Shown here: in pieces, positions 56,943 through 64,000 of the stretch
Layout of the letters: each line of letters opens with the position of its first letter
How positions within the stretch are numbered: the stretch's first letter is position 1
Assembly (NCBI GenBank): GCA_036273675.1
Contig: DASUHD010000178.1
Span: 9,492 to 73,491 of the forward strand
Source of the DNA: Ktedonobacterales bacterium
GTDB lineage: Bacteria; Chloroflexota; Ktedonobacteria; Ktedonobacterales; JADMIN01
Length of the DNA: 64,000 bases
Direction of reading: 5' to 3'
Made by a program: the position numbers and the translations under genes
Notes under the pieces: generated by a model
Told to the model about the DNA's origin: nothing
The model's database searches: none
The model's input: only the letters and a program-made list of their open reading frames with translations

Positions 56943-58379
56943 TCAGTCATGCGCTATGTCCTGCCCGTTGGAATCTGGCGACTCTCCGCTAAAGCGATGC
57001 ATAGTCATCGGTATGCCGCCGCGGGGGCGCAATGTCACCAGCGGGTCTGGGATAACGCGGACGTCGGGTGATACGAGACGCAGTTGATAACGCGACAGGA
57101 TTGTCGCCAGGATCAGTTGCGCCTCCATCATGGCGAATTGATTGCCGATGCACTGGCGTGGGCCACCGCTAAAAGGAAAGTACACGAAACGGGCGCGTCC
57201 GGCGGCCCGCTCAGCGGCAAACCGTTCAGGATCGAAGGCGTCTGGCTGCTCCCAGAGGTCAGGGCGCCGATGCGTCACATACTGGAAGACCAGAATGTAT
57301 GCCCCCCCAGGTATGGTATAGCCACCGATCTCGTCGCCAGCCAAGGCGCGTCGTCCGAGCGCCCAAGCTGGCGGATAGAGACGCATCGTTTCCTCGACGA
57401 CCATACGAGTCAGAGGGAACTGGGGAAGATCGTTGAACTGTGGCAGCCGCCCCAGCAGCGCCTGTTGATACTCCGAATACAGGTTTGCTATGACATTCGG
57501 GTGCTGTGCCAGCAGGTAGAATGTCCAGGCTAACGTGGTGGCGGTCGTTTCGTGACCCGCTATCAGCAATGTCATGATCTCATCGCGCATCTGCTGGTCC
57601 GACATACCCTCGCCTGTCTCTTCATCGCGCGCCTCAAGAAGCATAGCAAGGAGATCCTCGCGCTGACTGCCAGACATGCGACGCCTGCGAATGATCGCGT
57701 CAACAACTTCATAGAGCTCGCGGCGCGGCGCACGCAACTGGTGACGTTGCGGTGTTGGGAGCAACAGAAGCCACGGCAGGTAATAGGCTTCCGCTAGCAG
57801 GTGATTCGACGTGCCGAGCGCGCGACTTACGCGTTGCATCTCCTCGTCCGATAGATCCGACCCAAACAGTGCATTGCAGACGATTGTCAAGGTGAGTCTG
57901 GACATCTCGTGCAGGATGTCGAATGGGGTGTCGTTGTCGACGCTATTGCTCGTCTCCAGATGGTCGAGCCATGCGACGGTAGCATCAATCATCAATGTTG
58001 CAAAGGTAGCGACCCTATCACGATGGAACGCGGGCTGCATCAAGCGGCGCTGGTGCAGCCACGGCTTGCCGTCGTTGGTAAGCAGCCCGTTGCCCAGGAT
58101 TAAGCTCAAGATGCGATACTCGGGGATTTGCTTGTCGTAGTTGAGATGATTTTCCTGTAGAACGTGGCGTACACCGTCTGGATGGAAGATCAATGTCAGC
58201 CGACCCTTTAGTGTGGGAACAGAAACGACATCCCCGTAGCGCTGATGGAGCTCTAAGCTGAAGTCGAGCGCATGGCGCAAGAACCTGACTGTGTTCCCTG
58301 GTGCCGTATATGATGGCGGTCCAGGCAGACGGGATGCCTGCCGCCCACCAGGGCGGGACGATGGAAAGCCGATTGCCAT
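56943..58379 (-). CDS. Cytochrome P450
   Basis: Heme loop FPFSGGPRQCIG, ExxR (ETMR), I-helix AGHETT. The ATG at 58379 is preceded by GGAGGGA. Confidence 0.85.
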   Translation of the reverse strand: MAIGFPSSRPGGRQASRLPGPPSYTAPGNTVRFLRHALDFSLELHQRYGDVVSVPTLKGRLTLIFHPDGVRHVLQENHLNYDKQIPEYRILSLILGNGLLTNDGKPWLHQRRLMQPAFHRDRVATFATLMIDATVAWLDHLETSNSVDNDTPFDILHEMSRLTLTIVCNALFGSDLSDEEMQRVSRALGTSNHLLAEAYYLPWLLLLPTPQRHQLRAPRRELYEVVDAIIRRRRMSGSQREDLLAMLLEARDEETGEGMSDQQMRDEIMTLLIAGHETTATTLAWTFYLLAQHPNVIANLYSEYQQALLGRLPQFNDLPQFPLTRMVVEETMRLYPPAWALGRRALAGDEIGGYTIPGGAYILVFQYVTHRRPDLWEQPDAFDPERFAAERAAGRARFVYFPFSGGPRQCIGNQFAMMEAQLILATILSRYQLRLVSPDVRVIPDPLVTLRPRGGIPMTMHRFSGESPDSNGQDIAHD

Positions 58380-58831
58380 GCAGCGTTCTCCCTCCGTGCG
58401 CCAACTAGCCATACCGTTGCCCACTTGGCTGGCCAGGATCTGGCCGCTCGGCGCGTACCTCATTGGCTGTCATACCTGGTACCCGCCGCTCAATCGAAGT
58501 TGGTCGGATAGCTGTAGTGTACACCGATTTACGAGACGTGAACTATGGAAGTGACGAGCGCTTCAGCTATTCGACAGACGCTCGACATGATGCTGCGTAC
58601 TGGCCTTACTCTTTCTGTTTCTCAGCATTGATTGGCGGTTCGTGAGCAGGCCGACCGTTCGCTGGCCACAGGTGAGCTTCAACAGGACGATTGTGTTATC
58701 TTACCTTCGATAGCCAGTCTATATCTCCGCCATTCCATGTCGTGTTGTGAGCCATGCGCGAATCATACTCGCGGCGGCCTCTTGGGCGTTTGCAGTTCGT
58801 AAGCTCTTGATAGATAGCGCGGAGGGCGCCA

Positions 58832-61162
58832 GTGCCTCGCAAACACCAATCGTCGCCAGCAGCCAGCATAACTTCGTCGAGGAGCACGCCTGAAGTCGTA
58901 CCTCGCGGTGGTCTACGACTCTTCAACACGCTCACGCGTACGACTGAGCCGATACAATCGCATACTCCCGGCGTCATACGGATGTACACTTGCGGACCCA
59001 CGGTCTATCGCTATGTCCATATTGGCAATCTGCGTACCTACCTCATGGCCGACTGGATTCGGCGTGCCCTGGAGATTGATGGCCAATATCATGTCGAGAT
59101 GGTGCAGAACATTACAGATGTCGGACATATGCGCCAAGATGCCCTAGATCGTGGCGAGGATAAAATGATTGCGGCAGCGCTAGCAGAGGGTAAGACCCCT
59201 CACGAGATTGCCGGTTTTTATACTGATGCCTTTATGGCTGATATCGCGCGTCTAGGAATCCACCCAGCCTCGATATATCCCAGGGCCACGAATCACGTTC
59301 CACAGATGATTGCTCTGATAGAGCGGCTTCTAGCGAGTCAGCACGCTTATGTATCTGGCGGCAATGTCTACTTCGATGTAGCAACCTTTCCCGCATACGG
59401 ATGTCTCTCTGGCAATTACAATGGTAGAGCCCTGCGCGAGGCAGTGCGTGTAGAGACGGATCCGCACAAGCGACATCCCAATGACTTTGCTCTGTGGAAA
59501 GCAGCGGAGCCGGGCCGGATGGTGAAATGGGAAAGCCCGTGGGGATCGGGCTTTCCCGGATGGCACATTGAGTGCAGCGCAATGGCTATTACCTACCTGG
59601 GTGAAACGTTCGACATCCATACCGGCGCAGTCGATAACATCTTTCCCCACCACGAAGACGAAATTGCTCAAAGCGAGGCTGCAACTGGCAAGCCTTTTGC
59701 ACATCACTGGGCGCACGCGCAACACCTACTTGCTGACGGCGTCAAAATGGCCAAATCTACCGGTAATGTGTATACACTCAGCGATCTGATAGCGCGCGGC
59801 TTTACTCCCGGCGACTTCCGGTATCTCTGCCTGACAGTGCATTATCGCCACCGGCTCAATTTTACCTTTACCTCGCTCCGCGCCGCCCGTAATGGGCTAA
59901 ACCATCTGCGCGACCGAGTCATGCAACTGATGAATGAAGCTGACGACATACTTAAGTCACCTGCCATCGCGACCAAGTTCACCATGGACAACATGCAGCA
60001 ATGGCGCACGCGATTCTGGAGCGCGATACGTGCTGACCTCGGTCTGCCCGCAGCGCTTTCAACCCTGTGGGCGATGCTTGCCGCAAGCGAACTCGATGCC
60101 AGACAGAAGCTCATGTTGATTGGCGAATGGGATATCTTGTTGGGTCTCGAACTACTGATGACGGCACGCTCTTGGCCCGAAACCTCCAGCGCACCTGAAG
60201 AAGTGAAGGCCCTCCTACGGCAGCGCGCGAAGGCGCGCAAACGAAAGGCATATGTGCGCGCGGACATGCTCCGTAAACGAATACGTACGCTCGGATTCGA
60301 GACCCGCGATACTATCGACGGCGCACACGTACGCCCGGTGTTTGTGCCTGATGCCCTCGTCGGCGCGATCTCCACGCCTGACCAGGTCCCTTCCTTGTTG
60401 GACAAACCCAATATTGTTGATTACTCGGTGCTTCTCTACGCAACATTCTGGCCGGACGATCTGCGTCGATGCATTGAGAGTCTGCTAAACTCCGCGGAAA
60501 AAGTCTCTCTTGAAATTCTGGTGGTAGATGCCGGGGCAAACCAGAGCGGATTGATATGGCTCACCGAGCGTTCCCTCGAAGATAACCGGATACGTGTGAT
60601 TCGGGCCGATCATGTGATGGGTGAGGCTGACGCGCGTAACGTGGCGATTCGTCAGAGCCGCGGCAAATACTGCGTAGTTATGGACACTAGCGTCGAACTC
60701 ATAGGTGCTATCTGGGAACAGCTCAGACAGGCGCTCTGTCAACCGCATGTCGCGCTCGCTGGCGCGTACGGGCTAATTACACACGACCTGCGCCATTTTG
60801 CGGAATCTGACGGTCCTGATGTCGATGCGTTGCAAGGCTACTTGATGGCCTTCCCACGTGCAGCAGTCCGACGCGTTGGCCTGATGGACCCTCGCTATCG
60901 CTTCTACAGGAACCTTGATCTCGATTACAGCTTTACGTTGCGACAGAAAGGGCGCAAGAAAGCCGCCACCGCTCCCGATCGAGCGGTTGTCGTGAGATTA
61001 CCTGTCGTACGGCATGAGCACAGGATGTGGGAGAGCCTCAGCAAGGAGGAGCGTGCCAGGCAGAGCAAGCAGAATTTTGATGTATTTCTTCGCAAGTGGC
61101 ATCATTACACACATTTGATAGATTCGTCGCCTGCTATGATCGCTGACAATCCCAACAACTGA
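58832..61162 (+). CDS. cysS: Cysteine--tRNA ligase fused to a C-terminal glycosyltransferase family 2-like domain
   Basis: CysRS part: [27 protein letters not shown] (HIGH), [37 protein letters not shown] (KMSKS), and the canonical C-terminal helical region ([38 protein letters not shown]). From ~residue 520: [22 protein letters not shown]...[14 protein letters not shown]...[20 protein letters not shown]...[14 protein letters not shown], a GT2 (GT-A)-like pattern. GTG start. Confidence 0.8.
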   Translation: MPRKHQSSPAASITSSRSTPEVVPRGGLRLFNTLTRTTEPIQSHTPGVIRMYTCGPTVYRYVHIGNLRTYLMADWIRRALEIDGQYHVEMVQNITDVGHMRQDALDRGEDKMIAAALAEGKTPHEIAGFYTDAFMADIARLGIHPASIYPRATNHVPQMIALIERLLASQHAYVSGGNVYFDVATFPAYGCLSGNYNGRALREAVRVETDPHKRHPNDFALWKAAEPGRMVKWESPWGSGFPGWHIECSAMAITYLGETFDIHTGAVDNIFPHHEDEIAQSEAATGKPFAHHWAHAQHLLADGVKMAKSTGNVYTLSDLIARGFTPGDFRYLCLTVHYRHRLNFTFTSLRAARNGLNHLRDRVMQLMNEADDILKSPAIATKFTMDNMQQWRTRFWSAIRADLGLPAALSTLWAMLAASELDARQKLMLIGEWDILLGLELLMTARSWPETSSAPEEVKALLRQRAKARKRKAYVRADMLRKRIRTLGFETRDTIDGAHVRPVFVPDALVGAISTPDQVPSLLDKPNIVDYSVLLYATFWPDDLRRCIESLLNSAEKVSLEILVVDAGANQSGLIWLTERSLEDNRIRVIRADHVMGEADARNVAIRQSRGKYCVVMDTSVELIGAIWEQLRQALCQPHVALAGAYGLITHDLRHFAESDGPDVDALQGYLMAFPRAAVRRVGLMDPRYRFYRNLDLDYSFTLRQKGRKKAATAPDRAVVVRLPVVRHEHRMWESLSKEERARQSKQNFDVFLRKWHHYTHLIDSSPAMIADNPNN

Positions 61163-62259
61163 TGGAGGTCAATAGTTGTTGGGCAACTTGGGTCGAGTGG
61201 CCGCCTTCGGTGAGTCGATTTTCGTGGTTCGCTATCAAAGCGCCCATCGAATCTTTCGGGATTCTATCAAGACTTGGAGGCGTTGGCCAGCGATATCGAT
61301 TTGGCGACAAGTGTGAGGACAAATCGCCTCCTGAGGGATAAAGCAACCCACTTCCCTCTCATTTTGTATTCTGACACAACGGTGATTGTCACGTACGACA
61401 ACGGATGATGTGCATATGGCAGCGAACGATTCTTTAAAGAGCAACTCGCCACAACACTCAGCTATCTCTGCTGCCAGCAATGAGCATTCGATATATGAAC
61501 CAACCATAGGACTACTTGCTATCCTTATTCCTCTAACACTCATCAGCTTTGCCCTGCTATCCACCTCAACGGAGGATGACTTGCACAATTTGGCAGCGCC
61601 TTATGCATCGCGTTTCTTATCGATTTCTTATTAGGAGGCTGTATGGCGCACAACATCAATGAGAAGGACTCATTCGAGGGGCGCGGATAGTTAGACTTGC
61701 TCCGTAGAATACCATTTAACATGTTCGTTGTTTTTCACATCGCCCGGTTGTTCCACATTATCCGTGTGATGTAGGCATTTCAAGGTTCAGCCTTTTAGAG
61801 GGAGACAAATGTTTATTGGGAAAGCGCTCTGCTCATTACCTTTTCATTGCTGCGATATTGATTTTCGTACTCGGAGCGATAGTCTCATGAGCATTCGTGC
61901 AGGTAGCAAGTTGGACCTCACCTCATTATGCACTGTCAGTCCGACGACATTTGGCATAAGACGATATCCCGCATCGTAGGGCTTCATTCATAGGAACGAT
62001 CGAGGGCCAAACACGAAACGCATAGCCCGAAGAATTGGCGGCCTGGAGAGGTTCTCAGGAATTTGCCACCAGAGTGGTTATGGTTCGCTGGTCGGCCACG
62101 ATGGTGCCAATGTGTAATGTATATTGGAAGCCTAACGGATGTAGGCTTGCAGGCTCATCCTCCTCGAATCTTGGGACAAACGGGGGGCGCTACCTACATT
62201 TGGTATCATGCCAATTTGCCAGCGATGTTGCGTTCACTAATACCCCAAAGGAGTGCCCG

Positions 62260-63327
62260 ATGATCAAGCCCTATACGGCCGTTGGACTCATTCCCACTGT
62301 GCGCGGCATTCGCAACCGCTCCGACATCAAACGCAACCTCGACCGCCTCTCGCACCTCGTCAAAGCCGCCGTCTGGCTTTCGAGCCTGGATTTGCCGGTT
62401 AGGTTGATCGCCTTACCCGAGGGCGCGCTCCAGGGGTTCAATGATGAGGTCCTTGACCTGGATCATGTGCAGTTTGCTCGCGAATGTGCCATCGACATCC
62501 CTGGCGAGGAGACGGAAGAATTGGGGAAGATGGCCCGCACCTATAACACATTCATCATGGCCCAGGCCAAAGCGCGCCACCCAGAGATTCAGGATCGCTT
62601 CTTTAATGTCGGCTTTATTCTCAATCCCGCGGGCGAGGTGATATTGCAGCACTATAAAGTCTCACCGCTCTTCCCGGTCGAGCATTCTGTCTGCCCTCAC
62701 GACATCATGGACTGGTGGACGCAGCGGTATGGCAAGACGCTTTCCGCCTTCTGGCCTGTCGCCGATACTGAGATCGGGCGCCTGGGTATCATGATGGCCA
62801 ATGAAGGCTCGTATCCCGAAAATGCTCGTGCTCTCGCGCTGAACGGGGCCGAAGTCGTCTACCGTGCCTCCTACCCGCACCCAGCAACCGGCAACGACTT
62901 TTTCGAGATTCAGAGCCGGGCACGTGCCCTCGACAACAACCTGTATCTTGTCGCGCCCAACATGGGGACCTACTATCTCTTCCCGGAGGACGACACCCCG
63001 ATAGACACCTTTGGCGGGCATTCCTACATATTCAACTACAGGGGCCAGATCGTCGGCAAACAGGAGTATGGTGCGGGCTCGACGTATGTCGCGGGAGTCA
63101 TCGACATCGAAGCCCAGCGCGACCATCGCGCACGAGCACAGTGGGATAACTGGCTGAAAGACTTGCGCACCGAACTGTACCAACTCCTCTATGAGCAGCC
63201 GATCTACCCCAAGAACCTCTATTTGGATCGAGCACCCATGACGCATGCTGAGTATCGTGAGCAGGTCACACAGAAACAAGTCGATCTGATGCATGAGCGG
63301 GGCATCTGGGTGAAGCCAGAGCGATAA
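62260..63327 (+). CDS. Carbon-nitrogen hydrolase (aliphatic amidase/formamidase-like) homologue lacking the nucleophile Cys
   Basis: The ATG at 62260 is preceded by AAAGGAG. Similar to AmiE/AmiF: ALPEGALQG (Glu), DIPGEETE, HYKVSPLFPVE (Lys, second Glu). The ICDDGNYPE site reads MMANEGSYPE. Confidence 0.75.
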   Translation: MIKPYTAVGLIPTVRGIRNRSDIKRNLDRLSHLVKAAVWLSSLDLPVRLIALPEGALQGFNDEVLDLDHVQFARECAIDIPGEETEELGKMARTYNTFIMAQAKARHPEIQDRFFNVGFILNPAGEVILQHYKVSPLFPVEHSVCPHDIMDWWTQRYGKTLSAFWPVADTEIGRLGIMMANEGSYPENARALALNGAEVVYRASYPHPATGNDFFEIQSRARALDNNLYLVAPNMGTYYLFPEDDTPIDTFGGHSYIFNYRGQIVGKQEYGAGSTYVAGVIDIEAQRDHRARAQWDNWLKDLRTELYQLLYEQPIYPKNLYLDRAPMTHAEYREQVTQKQVDLMHERGIWVKPER

Positions 63328-63337
63328 GACATTAACC

Positions 63338-63387
63338 CGACAGATTAGAACGAGGTGCTCATACAACATCCACGTTCTAATCTGTCG
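63338..63387 (+). terminator. Candidate hairpin terminator after the amidase-like gene
   Basis: Perfect 15-bp inverted repeat: cgacagattagaacg (63338-63352) and cgttctaatctgtcg (63373-63387). The loop is 20 nt. It begins 11 nt after the stop codon. No U-tract. Confidence 0.4.
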
Positions 63388-64000
63388 TTACGCTCTTCAG
63401 CAGCACTGAGCAGCGCCTTCGTCAATCGCGAACAACGAACGGACCAGCCCGAGCAGTTGCTCCGTCAGTTTGGTAGCGCGGTACTGTGGCATACTGTGGC
63501 AATGGTTGCTGAATACCCAAGCCTGCTGAGGATCATGGCCACTGTTGTCGCTCAGGCACTTCTGTGTCTGTGGCTCGCCTCGTCCTACACATCGAGCCCC
63601 ATACTGCCTGCCCAATCTCACAGCAGATCCCTACTCTGATCCCCAGATAATCGAACCGCCGCGGCACATATGCGGTCTGGTCGTTCGGCCTTGCCCCGAC
63701 TATTGATGACTTTTCTCTGTCAACGTGCGGTCTCCTCTCTATTTGTCAATCTAGCAAGCGCCCGACCGGAAGTGCGTTGCCCTTGCGAGCGACACCTCTC
63801 TGTGCCATAACTATGAGCGTGCCGTACGTATATACCACTGCATTACTCCGCACTACAACTACTATCCATTTGGAATCTTGGAATCGTCCAGCGAATCGAG
63901 CATCCACGAGACAGGAGACCATGTCCGAGCCAGTTGCTCCACACTGCCGGCGTTGCCTAGCGCAGCACACATCGCCCGCCAGCAAAGGCCCCATTAGTCG

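Noticed and set aside
58832-61162. Interpretation of the CysRS-like domain as an MshC-type (mycothiol) Cys ligase
   Set aside because: The protein retains the C-terminal helical/anticodon-binding-type segment characteristic of true CysRS (..[31 protein letters not shown]..), which MshC lacks to my knowledge. It is therefore called a CysRS fusion. The thiol-pathway idea is kept only as a low-probability hypothesis.
61386-61634. 82-aa ORF with one hydrophobic segment in the AT-rich gap
   Set aside because: No RBS or family similarity was recognised and the composition is atypical. It is mentioned in the findings but not called as a gene.
62035-62259. Upstream extension of the amidase-like ORF
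   Set aside because: No similarity to the family. The internal ATG at 62260 has a strong AAAGGAG RBS and opens the conserved N-terminus.

Overview
High-GC bacterial chromosomal segment. The gene content (SARP-type regulator, F420/LLM oxidoreductase, ECF sigma/anti-sigma pair, poly-HAMP hybrid kinases, Ser/Thr kinase, FAAL-NRPS) fits a filamentous Actinomycetota or Ktedonobacteria-like Chloroflexota genome, but the taxon cannot be fixed from the sequence alone. No rRNA, tRNA or CRISPR array was recognised by eye.

- 1-34.4 kb: ordinary, densely packed genes. These include an M20 peptidase, a GH3 lipoprotein, P450+TetR, a CPA2 antiporter, a peptide-type ABC importer without ATPase genes, MarR+MFS, ECF sigma/anti-sigma, and a three-gene phosphorelay led by a 1487-aa cytoplasmic poly-HAMP hybrid kinase. 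An orphan phage portal-like gene paired with an HExxH protein is also present.
- 34.4-45.3 kb: a mosaic region. Four same-orientation copies of the 3' end of a comM/yifB-type gene partition small cargo modules: a Ser/Thr kinase; a membrane protein plus GntR; and an apparently intact IS5-family element plus DoxX plus a large NB-ARC/TPR/SARP regulator. A decayed IS630-type transposase follows.
- 45.4-58.4 kb: a compact orphan biosynthetic cluster, visibly lower in GC. It encodes a FAAL, a B12-radical SAM enzyme, a T-C-A-T NRPS with no release domain, a KASIII fused to a degenerate second KASIII-like half, a membrane protein, an SRPBCC protein, an Sfp-type PPTase and a P450.
- 58.8-63.3 kb: a CysRS fused to a GT2-like domain, a ~1.1 kb AT-rich gap, and an aliphatic-amidase homologue whose nucleophile Cys is replaced by Ala.

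The strongest candidates for something new are the biosynthetic cluster with its unusual release and tailoring enzymes, the CysRS-GT2 fusion, and the comM-fragment array.
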